64,000 bases of DNA, from assembly GCA_965637545.1 (NCBI GenBank), contig OZ281496.1, positions 15,066,001 to 15,130,000 on the forward strand, read 5' to 3'. This DNA comes from Phallusia mammillata. Taxonomy: Eukaryota. Numbering within the stretch: the first letter of the stretch is position 1; the number at the start of each line of letters is the position of its first letter. Below, piece by piece: positions 23,061 to 36,873 of this stretch. A program made the position numbers and the translations under genes. The notes below the pieces were generated by a model. That model was not told the origin of the DNA. It did not search any database and saw only the letters and a list, made by a program, of their open reading frames with translations.

Positions 23061-25079
23061 CAGTGGCGGCTCGTGCCTAAAATTTCTGGGGGTGCTGCTC
23101 CAAATTTTAGTCTTTATTTAACATATATAAGTTGGCAATATATAGAAAAGCCACATTTCTAGATTTCCAGCCATTGTTTTGTGTAAAAAAACAAGTAATA
23201 CAAATCTTAATTAGTAACTCCATTGTGACGTAATTTTCGTTACGCATATAATGTATACGAGTGTAAACAGCAGACAGTGTATCATTGGGGAGTTTTGTTT
23301 ACTTGCATGGCAACGGGCCAAACTCAACAACATGCGGTAATAATGTGGCACAAAAACACACGTGACACAGATTTAAAATGAAGCGAATGTTAATACGGCA
23401 AAACACTCACAACAATATATTGAACAAAGTAGTAATAATTGGACGAAAAGTATTTCAGTTAGACAACATTGAAGAATAACTGGTTATAACAATGACCACT
23501 AAGTAACACACTTGCTATTCTTTCATTAATATGGTCATGTTTCATTTGAGTAACTTATAGTCACAGTCATTGTTTCAACATATCTCATGACACTTCACAG
23601 ATTATTGCCACACAAAAAAACTAGCCACAAAGCTTTTTATTGGTATCATAACTGACAAATTTAACAACCACATTACATTTGTGTCAGAACTTGGTTATTT
23701 AAACATATTTTCTTTAAATTTTGTGTACAGACTAACAATTGTCTTTCAGTTTGCTTATAATTCCCTTTTTTGAAGTGCAATACTCCTCCAAGCTTTGAAA
23801 TTTACAACAATCTCATATAAATTTAATCCATATGATGAAACCTGTTTGTTTCTATTTAGCGCTAGCACTGCAAATGCAAGTCTTTTGGAAATAATGGTGT
23901 CCCTTAGAAAAGTTTGCATCCTTTTCAGTGTTGAAAAGAACCGTTTTGCCTTAAGGACTCATGGAAATTGCAAAAAGGATTTTTCATCTTAGTAATTTAA
24001 CTTGTCAAAACATCATCGAGATTATTTTCAAAGTAATCATGAACATCAGATCTACAGAAACATTTTTATTTCAGTAACTAGCTTTTCTTTGTCAACAATA
24101 GGATATGCTTGGTGGCCACTACTATCTCCTCTGTAGAATGTTCGTTCTTAAGAAACACTTCATGTGAAGCAATTTTTCAGCTACTGTTTAGAGAAACAGT
24201 ACATGTCCAGTATATCAATACACATGATTGCACTTGGTTGCAAATACTGTCCACATGGTGTGTTAAGAAGCCAAAACTTTAAATGGTCATCACTCAGTTA
24301 TTTCAAAATTCCTGTTGGTTCTGCATTTGATATTGCCTGAATTTCAGTGAGGCATTTAACTTCACAGTCACAGAGCTATTTTTCTTTGGTAGCATTCAGA
24401 ACTAAAACTGAGTATTTCTTGTTGTTGCCTATTCCTGCATGACATATTTGGAATAGCAGATGTTTTATCCCATTCTGTCTTAAAACTTTTTAATTCAGTT
24501 ATTTATTATCAATGTTTATAATAATGTATTTATCATAAAGGTTAATCGTGATAACTGCAAAAACTGAAGCCCACTAACAGTCATCTTAAAAAGTCATGAC
24601 TAACCTTCAAACAAATAAATTGATAGATGGCAAAATCGTTATTTAACTATACTCACTGCCGAACTTAAGAATATAGTACACGGGTTTTGCTTTGGCACAC
24701 AATAGACCCGGAACAGACGAATACATGCTGGATTGCCGGTTCACACGCTACGTGATTGATGGAGCTGCGCCAACCGCAGCACCCTGTCGCCTATTTCGCC
24801 CGGCATGTAGCTTTTCCAAGTGCACACAGCTACAAAACGTCACGAAACTGGAACTGCAGCTCCAGCAAAGATAACTTATTAATTTCGTATTTTTTGAAAA
24901 GGTGATCAAGGGGCAAATTATGCTTATATATTGCCAACGAATCAAAAAAGTTGTATGTAATATTATAGTAGGAGGTAAAAGTAGGTAAAGATAAAAATTA
25001 AAATTAAAAAAAAAAAAAATTAGGTAAAAATATTAGGGGGTGCTGCAGCTCCGCAGCACCCTAGCACGAGCCGTCCCTG
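23061..25079. mobile_element. Non-autonomous hAT-like element, copy B (both TIRs)
   Basis: TIRs CAGTGGCGGCTCGTGC / GCACGAGCCGTCCCTG. Homologous to 4431..7110 without the two nested MITEs. TSD not recognisable. Confidence 0.7.
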
Positions 25080-25722
25080 CAAGAATGAAACACTCATCAA
25101 GAGTATTTTCACTACCTTAAAAGCATTCATTGTACAGTACTCTCAATCGTTTCAAGAATTAATTTACACGATGTATACAATAAAAAAAGTAAACAATTTA
25201 TTTTTAGACTCCTTTTTTAAAAGGACCAATCAGTAGAAAGCATCAACTCAAACATTAAAAGGTTTACACATTGTATCGTCACATATATATAAAAGTAGTA
25301 AAAAAGAACATAAACAATACTCCCAATCTGTTTACATTTCAGCACACAAGGGCTTGAATTTATTACCTAACACTGGAAAAGCTAAATCAATTTTTTTAGA
25401 GTTTAAGGGGTAAAAATGGGTGAATCCAATTCAAAGTTACAAAATTCTTTAGAATACCTTACATTGCACAAACCAACAAAGCATGAAACTCCTAGATCAT
25501 ATACTTTAGTCAGAATAGCCATTTTAATACAAATGTTTTGGGGGTCTTGTAGGTGAACTGCTGGGTCATTTGGTGTCAAACTTTAAAGAGGATCAAGCTT
25601 GGATCATTACCTTGCATCTGTGTAAATTGGAAGCACTTTTTCTCAACCAAATGCATTAACAAACCAGCATTAGACAGAAGAAAGAAAACAATACAAACAA
25701 AAACAATAAACTATCCATATAA

Positions 25723-25986
25723 TTAACAACAGCCAAAACCAACTCCACAGGCAATTGCTTCTATCATTGAGTTGGACATTTTTTCAGGGTATTAATATGC
25801 ACAGGAAACGTTATTGTCAATGAACATGTGCTCGCAGTGGCAAACAGTTGCATTTGGTACCATTCTGTTATGTCATGCACCCATGTTTAAACTCAACGGT
25901 AACATCATGTGGAAGCCCAAGTGAAGGTTTTCTGGCAAATCCAGTGAAGAACTTGATGAATTCCTTAAATGACACTGGTGACTTTT
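25723..25986 (-). pseudogene. HECT-domain (G2E3-like) C-terminal exon, disrupted
   Basis: FKEFIKFFTGFARKPSLGLPHDVTVEFKHGCMT*QNGTKCNCLP/TASTCSLTITFPVH..MIEAIACGVGFG. The ASTC catalytic-Cys context and terminal GFG are present, with one stop and frameshifts. Confidence 0.65.
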
Positions 25987-26089
25987 CTGTGATTAAAAAA
26001 ACACAAATTAATCGGTTTTGTGGTGCACTATTGTGATGTATGTAATAACATACAATTTCAATCATCTTTCAGCATACCGTCATAATAGC

Positions 26090-26400
26090 ATGATTTCATA
26101 AGGTCCAAAAAACACTTTGTTGCATAACATTAGCAAACGTTTTAGAATCCTTGGGTATATCTTTGTGTTTGTTAAGAATATGACTTTTTAACCCCAAAAC
26201 AACCACCTTACATATACAACACTGACTCCCCGTAAAAGTCTTATAATTTGCTAACTTATGTCTTTTTGCAAAACTATCATAGAAAAAGTCTTCTTTAGAA
26301 TACCTGGATGCTTCTTTCTACGACGTGTTGCATTGGTAAACATGTCACTACAAAATGGACATCGACTGACTTTCCTCCCAGAGTTTTGGACCCTAAATTG
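26090..26400 (-). pseudogene. Degenerate zinc-finger-like coding fragment
   Basis: RCPFCSDMF..H and, after a shift, CCICKVVVLGLKSHILNKH. Confidence 0.4.
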
Positions 26401-26837
26401 CGTACATCCTATTTAGCCCATCTGCTTGTGTGACAATTTACAAAAATTTTCTGATGAATTTATGTGACAGGAACAACAATATAACCAGTTTACCTTATTA
26501 AATTAGACTGTGCGAAGTGATCCGTAATAATAAGAATAATAAGAAACACATTTGAAATTCTGAAATACATTTAAAGATATATAGCAGCTCAATATCCACA
26601 GTTTACCTTCCATGAGGCTGTGAAGCACTACCACTGCTGGAAAACCTTGCGGGTTTGTGTCCAATATGATGTGATCTGTATGATTTATAGCAAACACAAT
26701 TAACATTACAAAATTCTGTGATAAAAACATAGAACTGTGGCGACAACTGGGTGTTTTCCCCAACTGCGTTAACCAGTCACGCGTAAACGAACCGCACAAT
26801 ACGTCACGTGCCTTTTTCTATTTGCAACGTGTTTTGT

Positions 26838-28303
26838 TTAATAAATTATTTCGTTCAACTGGTGTAATTCTAAACAAAATACTAGTTGTTGTATTCAAGA
26901 ACTTGTATTTTTGCTGACGTTTCGTCCACCAGAACGGTAGGACTTCTTCAGAGCAATGAAACGAATAATCCAGCGGGCGCAGAGACGACAATGTATGGAA
27001 ACAGCGGGATACGATGCACAATAATTACATTAGGACAAAGGCTTTCCGTGAAGAGTTGCGTGTGCTACAAAATGGCAGAGCGTAACTAATGCACGATATT
27101 TGATGGGGAAGTCGGACGCAAAATGTCGCGGAAAACTGCGCTGAGGTTTTTGCCATCGTTACGATTTAAAACATTTGAATTAGAATTTATGAGGCAACTT
27201 TCGAAGACCAATCTTTTCGACCAATTCGGTTCTTGTTTCAAAATTTGGGCATCGTTCCAATTAATGCGGTGGTCGCATTCCAAAATGTGTTCGCATAAGG
27301 CAGACTTACTAACATCCATGTTTTTGACAGCCGCTTTATGTTCTTTGAGGCGTGAATTTAGATTTCGCTTAGTTTGGCCAATGTATACCATACTACAATC
27401 ACGACATGGTAAACAATTCCTGTACGATGTTGTGGTATAGTGGCATCTTTGGGTTTGGGTAGCAACTGTCCAATTGTTTTAAGAGGTTTCATCGCCACTT
27501 TTACCCCAGCGTCCTTCAGGATTCGTTTCAGGCGTTCAGTTACACCCTGGACGTATATGGTAAGCAAGTGAACGATTTGAACTGTCTGTTTTGTGCGGTG
27601 GTTGTGTTGCGTGTCAAGTTGTGTAAGTTTCGCGGGAAGCCGTTATTCCCTAACACGCGTGCAATGTTCTTGCATTCGTGTTTGCGAACAGCCGTATCCC
27701 TGATGTGTGTCTTGGATCTGTTGTAAAGTGTTTTGGCGACCGTAAGCTTTTGGTGCCGAGGATGGTGCGATGTGTAATTTAGGTATCGATCAGTGTTCGT
27801 GGGTTTCTTGTAAATGTTTGTGGTGAGTTTTTGGTCTGGCTGCCTGGTGACAGCCACATCCCAAAACGCAATGGTACCGTGTTGTTCGGTTTCCATGGTG
27901 AAAGCTATTGTTGGTGATATGGTGTTCAGGTGTGCGTGAAACGTGTTTAACATGTTACTGTCGATAATGACGTATGTGTCATCCACGTACCTAAGCCACA
28001 GACGTGGCGGTGTGTGGAAAGTTGTAAGTGCCTTATGCTCGATGTGTTCCATGGTGAGATTAGCGAGAATTTCTAAAATAGGCGAGCCCATAGGTGTACC
28101 AAAGATTTGTTTGTATATTGTGTCTTTGTAAGTGAAAACAGTTGCGTTAAGGCAAATCTGTAATGCTGTGCCTATCTAGTCCGGTGCGTTCGTGTAGTGT
28201 TGTGTCGTGTTTGAGTTTGTCCAGGGTGATCGAGAGCGCCAAATCAGTAGGAACGGATGTAAACAAACTGACAACATCAAAGGAAACTTGACATTCGTCC
28301 GGT
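26838..28303 (-). mobile_element. Penelope-like element (RT + GIY-YIG), 5'-truncated
   Basis: [48 protein letters not shown] (27086..27391). Frameshifted. Hammerhead in the 3' region. Confidence 0.9.
26911..26956 (-). ncRNA. Minimal type-I hammerhead ribozyme in the PLE terminal region
   Basis: UUGCU-CUGAAGA-A-GUCC-U-ACC-GUUCU-GGU-GGAC-GAAA-CGUC-AGCAA: stem I UUGCU/AGCAA, stem II GUCC/GGAC plus ACC/GGU, palindromic ACGU at stem III, GUC cleavage triplet. Confidence 0.8.
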
Positions 28304-31300
28304 TGCTTTATTAGGCGAACACAAGCCGTGTTTCCATTTTGAGCATCTATTTTTACAACAAATGCCAGAAGACATCAGAATTATTTTGGCAAAAGAGAAC
28401 ATCGACGACCTTCGAAGTTTCGCCAAGAGAGCATATGTTTTATGGCAAGCAAGGCGCGACCCAAATTTTATTGTTTCAAAAGTGCAGGCAGAGTCAAAGC
28501 AACAAGTCTGCTTTTGATCGGCGTGGAGACGGCCTTTGTTTTTTTTCATCAGCGCTTTGGGCCCAAGGCACGTCGTTGCCGCCGACCATGTGTTTGTCAG
28601 GGAAACGAGCCAGCCGCCCAGATTGGCTGCGACGGCCGGCAGGCAAAACCGACTCTTTTTCGTGTCAGACCGCAACACAGGAGCCAACTTCTTAATCGAC
28701 AGTGGTGCTGAAGTAAGTGTGTTACCTGCAACTGGACGGGATTGTCGCTCAAACAGACCTGGTGTTTCACTTAAAGCAGCTAATGGAACTATTATACGTA
28801 CGTACGGCTTCAAAGTTTTAACTTTGCATCTTTCCATTGGTAGATTTGCTTGGAAATTTGTAATAGCCGACGTATCTCGGCCCCTGCTGGGCATTTACTT
28901 TTTGCATGCAAATGGGTTGCGTGTCGACTTCAAGCGCCATCGACTGTGGCATGCGAATTCTGCAGATAATGTGAATTCTTCTAAGACAGCGAATTCACCG
29001 CGTGACATAATGTCTTTTGCAGCACAACCAGCTTACACCAAACTACTTACAGAATTCCCCAATCTGACCAAAAGTTGCTTTTCTGACTCACAACCCAAGC
29101 ATCAGGTAGAGCACTTTATTATCACACATGGGCCGCAAGTCCATGCTAGGGCAAGGCGTCTGCCCCCTGAAAAATTGAAGATTGCCAAACAGGAATTTCA
29201 ACATTTGCTTGACCTAGGAATCGTGCGACGTTCTTCGAGTCCCTGGTTATCGCCTTTACACATGGTGCCCAAAGCATCCGGCGGTTGGAGGCCCTGTGGT
29301 GACTACGTTTGAACGCGATCACTGAAGCGGATCGATATTCTATTCCCCACATCCAGGACTTTTCTGCGCATTTAACAGGTGCCACAATTTGTTCAAAAAT
29401 GGACTTGGTTCGTGGTTATCATCAAGTGCCTGTTGCGCCAGTTGATGTACCAAAGACTGCTGTAATTACCCCATTCGGTTTGTTCGAATTCTTGCGTATG
29501 CCATTTGGATTAAAAAACGCAGCACAAGCTTTCCAGCGTTTAATGGATTCCGTCTGCCAAAATTTACCTTTTGCATTTGTTTATCTTGACGATATTCTTG
29601 TGGCCAGCAAAACTTCAAGTGAGCATATTGACCATCTACGAAAACTGTTCAAAAGATTAGACAGCCATGGTCTTATTATTAACACTGCGAAGTGCAGGTT
29701 CGGGCATACACAAATTGATTTTCTTGGACATCAAGTCAATGTCCATGGGGCCAAGCCCTTGCCGGAAAAAGTGGAGGCAATACAAAGATTCAAACGCCCA
29801 ACAACAGTTGCAGGTTTACAGCAATTTAGTGGTATGATAAATTTTTATCATCGATTCATACCATCAGCTGCTACCATAATGTTACCCATATACAAAGCTC
29901 TGTCTAGTTAGCCAAAGGATTTGACGTGGACAGAGAGCCTTCAAACCGCTTTTGATGAAGCTAAAGACGCACTTGCAAATGCTACGCTACTCAACCACCC
30001 AGGGCTCGAGGCAAAAACCGCTTTAACCGTGGACGCTTCCCAGTTTGCTGTTGGCGCAGTTTTGGAGCAGCAAATCGGCGTTTTTTAGCAAATGCCTACG
30101 ACCAGCTGAGCTTAAGTACAGCACCTTTGAGCGCGAGCTGTTGGCATTGTATTTGGCTGTCCGCCATTTCAAATAGTTTTTTGAAGGAAGATCTTTCACC
30201 GCGTACACAAACCATAAACCACTCACATTTGCCATTAATAAAGCTACAGATCCGTGGTCAGCACGTCAGCAACGACAACTTTCATACGTTTCAGAGTTTA
30301 CAACTGATATTAAACATATCGATGGTAAAAACAACCATGTTGCTGATACACTCTCCAGGTCCTTGCTCGCAAGTGTTTCTGACTGTGTTAATTTTGATTA
30401 CAAGTTATTGACTGCAGCCCAGCAAGAAGCTCATGACGAGATGCAAGCTTACCGCACCTCTATTACTAAGCTGAAGTTCAAAGATATTGCTTACGACCAC
30501 GGAGGAATTATTATTCTCTGTGATATTTCTGGCAGGAATCCTCGACCATTAGTTCCTCAAGCTTGGCGAAAACGCGTTTTTCATGGAATCCATGGACTGT
30601 CACACACCTCCATACGGGCCACAAGCAACTTAGTTGCATCAAAGTTTGTGTGGCATGGAATGCGAAGAAATGTTAGTACATGGGCGAAGCAATGCTTGTC
30701 GTGTCAAAGGGCGAAAATTCAGCAACACATTCGAGCTTCATTGGCTGAATTTCCACCCACAGCGACACGTTTCATTCACTTGAATATAGACATAGTAGGA
30801 CCGCTGCCGCAATCACAAGGATATACCTATCTCCTTACAATTGTCGACCGTGTTACTCGATGGCCAGAAGCCATACCGATGAAGGATCAAACAACAATGA
30901 CATGTGCTAGAGCCTTAGCAACTGGATTGCCCGATTTGGCATTCCAGCAGATATTTCTTCAGATCGTGGGGCGCAATTCACTTCAGAAGTGTGGTCAATG
31001 ATGAATCAGCTTTTAGGCATTAAGCTTCATAAAACCACGGCTTTCCACCCGCAAGCAAACGGCCTCGTGGAACGATTTCATAGACACTTAAAAAGTGCTC
31101 TCATGGCCCGTATGAGAAGTTCAAATTGGCTTGATGAATTACCGTGGGTACTTCTAGGAATTAGAACCATACCTAAAGAAGATTTACAAACATCGTCCGC
31201 TCAGCTTGTATATGGTGCGCCGATACGGATACCGGGAGACTTCGTTCCACTGAAGAATCCTTAGTCGGATTTAGCAACACTTCTCCCTACTCCAGAAGAC

Positions 31301-33144
31301 ACCATTTTAAAGCAGGCTCCGATCCGTATGTCCCACCATGGTCTAAAAAAGTCAGCTATTCCAGCTAATTTGTCAACAACAAAGTTTGTGTTTATTAGGA
31401 AAGATTCCTATCGACCGCCATTAACGCCGCCATATGAGGGTCCCTACAAAGTCATTGAGACCGGCGCGAAGTCTTTCATAGTGGATTTGGGTGGGCGACC
31501 ACAAACCGTTTCGGTTGACAGACTCAAACCAGTGCAGATCGATTTAACTATGCCTGTTCAAGTTGCACAACCTCCAAGAAGAGGACGGCCCCCGAAGAAA
31601 AACGCATGCAATGCCTTCGCGAGAATGCGACCAGACGTCAACCATTGCAATCATTATTGTCGCGCATTGTACGATTCTGGAGGGGGGCTGTGTGGCGACA
31701 ACTGGGTGTTTTTCCCAACTGCGTTAACCAGTCACGCGTAACCGAACCGCACAATACGTCACGTGCCTTTTTCTGTTTGCAACGTGTTTTGTCTCGCCCT
31801 TCCTGTCTTGTGTCATTCGATATTTGAATTTGCGCAAATAAACAGTGCTACAGAACTACAGTTTACCTTATACGCGACAGATAAGCACTACTACTTCTAA
31901 AACACCTTGACTGTTTGTGTCCATAACGAAGTGATTTTCATGATTACAGGAGACACATTTAACATTCTAAGTTGCAAAGTATCCACAGTTTACCTTCTTA
32001 AAACATGAAGAACTGGCGCTAAAAAATCTTTATAATAAAACTTTGGACTGTATCTGCTATTGACATAAAGTTATAACTAACTCTATCGCAACCATTTTAC
32101 CTGTGTGCAAATGAAGAGGCACTGCCTGCTGCTTCAAGAAATATTTAGGCCATTATAATTATCATATCTTTATGATACAAACCCGTTAATCTGGATAGCT
32201 TGTTTTCTGCATTACCTCTTTGTTAATTGGTATATATCCAAACCTTCACATGTTATTACAGGTACAAATATCATAAAAATAAAGTCATGTTATAACTTCA
32301 CTAAACAAACTACCTCAACGTGGTTTCTCAAATTTGCCACCCTGGCTTATCCCGGGATTCCGGCACGAAAACAAATTTAGGGATCGCGGAATTTTATTTT
32401 TTGTTAATTTTATAACGTTTGTTTGTGTTTATTTTTAATCTTAAAATTACGGAAACCCTGTGGGTGTCGCATGTCTGGTTGAAAAGTGCAACTAAAAAGC
32501 AACCATTTTTTTGATAGAAACTCTAATTGGAACGTTGTGGGCATCCGAGGGACGGGGTTCCCTTCGTTGTTTTGGTCTGTGTATTCTGAGGTTTTGACTG
32601 ACAACTCTATTCTACCATTCGATTTGGCTTTTTTAAATTGTATTACTGTCGGTGTCTGCTAAACAAACAAAACTAACCCAGGTCGGTCTATTGCTAGCAA
32701 GATAGGAAGCGCATTTCGTTGAACAAACGTAAATTCTACAGGTGTAACTGCACTTGTCACGATCCCCAATTATGCCCTTCACTTAAACGTTTTAATGTTG
32801 TGCAGCTATTCCCGGCTTTGGAATTGTTTCAGTGTTTTTTGTAGCGCTATGTTTTATTTTACCTTCATTTAATTTCGAATGAAATCTAATAAGTGCACTC
32901 CTTAGCAAATTGAATTACTGTGTTCACAATTAATGACTTAGATTTTGATTTTCTTTAATTTACATTTTTCTACTCAATAAACTGTGAAAAATAAATTGTG
33001 CAAATGTTGGACAAAATATATTTGTTTGTACACTCTTTTCAAAGCAAAATGCATTTAAATGTCATACTAATCTTTTTATAATCCAATGGACCGTGCAACA
33101 TTTTTTTTCATAAACGATGAGATTTCTTAATAATGTGCGTCGTT

Positions 33145-34255
33145 TTAAAACTCTTCTTTAACTGTGTGAATCAAGGTGTGTCTTTTCAGTACTCCACTTC
33201 GGGTAAAGCTTGTTGCACAAACATCGCATCGATGAGGTTTCTCTCTGGTGGGTGCGTGTGTCAACATGTGTGTTTTCAGATTTCCACGTTGTACAAAGCT
33301 TTTTTCACAAACTTCACATCGATGAGGTTTCTCATTGGTACGTATCAACATGTGTATTTTCAAATGTCCACCTTGTGCAAAGCTTTTTTCACAAACTTCA
33401 CATCTATGAGGTTACTCATTGATGTGTACCATCAACATGTGTCTTTTCAAACCTCCACCTTGGGCAAATCGTTTTTTTGCAAATAAGACAAAGATGACGT
33501 TTCTCTTCAGTGTGTCTCAACATATGTCTTTTCAAATTTCCACTTTGGGTAAATCTTTTTTCACAAACAGCGCATCGATGAGGTTTTTCATTCGTGTGTA
33601 CCGACATGTGTTTTTTCAAAGTTTCTCGATGGCGAAATCTTTTTTCACAAACATCACAGCGATGAGGTTTTTCGTTGCTGTGTGTCTTCATGTGCCTTTT
33701 CAAAATTCTTCCTTCGCGAAAAACTTTTTCACAAACTGTACAACGATGAGGTTTTTCGGTAGTGTGTGTCAACATATGTATCTTTAAATTACTACCTTGA
33801 CCAAATCTTTTTTCACAAACATCACATCGATAAGGTTTTTCGTTGGTATGTGTCATCATGTGTCTTTTTAAATGTGAACCCAAAGCAAATCGTTTTTCAC
33901 AAGTATGACATTGATGGGGCTTCTCCTTAGTATGTGTCAACATGTGTCTTTTCAAATGTCCACTTTGGCCAAATGTTCTCTCACAAACATTACATCGATG
34001 AGTTTTCTTTCCACTATTAAGATTTGACTTCTGTGATTCCAAATGTTCATCTTTATTATTCTTCTTTTCACAAACATCCCAAGTGTGGGCGCTAAGGTGA
34101 TTTTTGAAAGCATTTTTGGATGCAAAGCATCCTTTACGAATTTTGCATTGGTAATCACTTACTTTTTTGCTAGTTTGTTGTTGGTTGGAAGATAGTTGAA
34201 ACGCATTTTCCTTTTGCGAAGATGGTTGCTCAGATTCCGAATCCAGGGTTTTCAT
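33145..34255 (-). pseudogene. Intronless C2H2 zinc-finger array gene, disrupted
   Basis: ORF 33416..34255 with repeated HTxEKPHRCxVCEK. Frameshift at a T7 run near 33472 and an in-frame TAA, then more fingers to 33145. Confidence 0.85.
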
Positions 34256-34809
34256 CTTTTCATATTAGTTATACGACTAAAAATTAAAAATCTATGTTTA
34301 AAACTAGTCACTTAATTTTTTTGTCATTTAAAATAACTTAGCCAACGTTTCGACGTCCCACTTATCATATTAATGCCCCACTATCCAACACAAAGAGAGC
34401 TGTTCTAAAAACATTTAAAGATCAGGCTCGCCGTTGGTTGAACGGCTTTCCTATTGGATGCTAGGCACCTAAGCAGTTCCAGATGGCAATGAGCTGCTGT
34501 TGCACAGAAAATGTCTACTACATGCTACACTTCTCGGTGATTGTAACGAATTCACACTAGCGGAACGATTCGATCTGCAGCGGCAACCAGCCAAATACCC
34601 GCAATAGTGCGTGGCCTTTTCTAAAACAAAAGCACAGCCGCGTATAGCAGGTTAGAAACATAGCTTCCGATAATACATAAATTTATCCTGACTAATCAAT
34701 ATGCCCTTGACCGTTTTTGTGAAACATTACCTATACCTTCAAATATTCAAATGAAGTTTTTGATTCTCATGTACGTTTGCGTTAATATCTAATTACCGTT
34801 TGCCCCTAC

Positions 34810-34825
34810 ATTCTATTTGAATAAA
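34810..34825 (+). other. Orphan SL-like sequence (15/16)
   Basis: ATTCTATTTGAATAAA. No GT donor and no recognisable ORF follows. Confidence 0.55.
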
Positions 34826-35696
34826 ACTTAATTATTATTATTCGTATTTCTTTGCTAACAACGAAATAAAATAACAATGTAATCAACCGTCCCGTTAGTG
34901 TATACATCGTCGCACTCACCGAATAATGTAGTAGGCCTTATCACGCACTTTTAAAGTCCTGATATTATCAAACGTCTGTTCTAACTAACCTATATCTTGC
35001 TGTCATGCGAGTGGAAATACCAGGACTTTAGGAAACCTCGCTTGTGATTCTAAGCTTCTTTCGCCAACACTGTAGCAGCAGAAAACCCTAGTGTTCTGCT
35101 ATGTTATATTCACATCAGCCTATGCACTATGAACTGCAATCGACTGCTTATTTGATTTCCCGCGATGTTTAACTGCCATTGCTGAAAAATGTTGCTAATA
35201 CTTCAGCATCTGTCACATTATTCTGTTATTTTAGCTTGTAATAGAAAGTCATTCGCAGAAACAGCTGGTGCCAAACCAAAAACATCACTTTTGCTTTAGA
35301 GTTTTTTTTTTCATTTTCTTCTAGATAAGGGTGTTAAAATGATACATTATCTGTTTGTCGCAAAGCAAAAAGATTTACAATAGGTATCAACTAATTAGTG
35401 AAAAGGTAGATCAAACACAACGCTGCAAGCCAACATCCTCTGTACGTTCTATTTCTCCACATGATTGTCGCACCTTTTTTCTCGCTTGTTTTATTTTACC
35501 TTTGAGGTTTGCGTGGGTAAATGGTTTGTTACTTGATACTGATGTTTCAAAGCGTTCTGAAACAATAGAACTTACACAACTTATATACAATCTTGCTGAC
35601 GGTAAGGTATTGTTTCAATGAAATACTGTGCGCTCTTACAGAAAGTTTTAGTTAAATGTCAGGGTTCAAAACTACAGATTAAAACACACATTAGGG

Positions 35697-35956
35697 CAGT
35701 GGTCCTCAACACGTTTCAGGCCACAGCCCCAGCCATAATAATATCGTGGACCATTTTTTTTAGCAAGATCGAAGTATGCATATAAAACTACTATTTGGAC
35801 TTGAAACATAATTGTTTAAAACCGATCCTCAAGAAGTAAGATACAATAACATTTTGATACGCTTTCAACATGTAATCATCTCTAGTATATCACCAAATTT
35901 AGTGGACGTCCTGTAGACGATCCAAACACTCATGCACCACCAGTTGAGAACCACTG
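35697..35956. mobile_element. hAT MITE
   Basis: TIRs CAGTGGTCCTCAAC / GTTGAGAACCACTG, TSD CATTAGGG. Confidence 0.9.
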
Positions 35957-36873
35957 CATTAGGGGATTGTTAGAGACTGTATTCAACCAGAACTTTTTCC
36001 CAAAAGTTACGGACTATTGGTTAGACAAGACTTGAAAATTGTCTCCCGTGCGATGTGTAATAAGTGCTGTTAGTGATCACACACATTACGAATGCCAGTG
36101 TTGTTGTGACTAAGTTGATACGACTGTTCTATTAACCATCATTCTTGCACAGTTGTAAACCACATTATTTTTCTGTAGAAGCACAGCCCTCGCATATTTG
36201 GCTATATACAAACTTATCAGATCGGCCACATGACAACTAACAATGCCACGTCGCTTTCAGGTGTATCGCTCGCTTCAGAACAGGATGTAGCTAGTAATGT
36301 CGTAAAACTAAATCGTCCAAATGTTTGTAATGTTGACTGGTACTGTGTATGAAAATATCGAAGTTTTAACCTGGAGGAAGACAGGCACAGTCAAACTATT
36401 TTCAATTGGTGGAGGCCATTTTTTTCCTTGCGATAAAACAGACGCAAAACATTTTTTAACACCTTATCAGTTTTCTTGCACCCCTGTCTTTAAACACAGA
36501 AGATAGCAATGGAAAAAGAAACTCGGAGGCTAAAAGGGTGTCTGTTGTTTTCGCACCACCTGTTTCTGCACCCGATTTTTTTACAAATCACACTTATTCA
36601 ACATAAGATGTAGTGAATGTTAGCAAACATGCAGAGTCAAAAACTATTGTTCAGGCTGTAAACATTGGGACCGTAGCAGAATAATATTTACATTTTTTTT
36701 ACTTTTTGAGGTATAAGCAGCTATATGGAGACCTAAAAGATTGATTGTTCAAAAAGTTTGCAGGATCATAATGGCAAACTTGGAAGGTTTCTCTTCTTTG
36801 AAATATAAACGTCATTCTGACAATAAAAACTCAACGCGACGCTTTAAATCTCAACTGATCTTAAAAGAACATA

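Larger units (their letters stand above)
26736..31852 (+). mobile_element. Ty3/Gypsy LTR retrotransposon, degenerate, with its 5' part interrupted by a PLE
   Basis: 4-bp TSD GAAC. 5' LTR remnant 26736..26837 matches 3' LTR 31691..31852 (TG..CA), which is preceded by PPT GGAGGGGGG. Motifs: gag LLGEHKPCF, protease FLIDSGAEVS, RT YLDDILV, integrase IDIVGPLP and GPY. Several stops and shifts. Confidence 0.93.
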
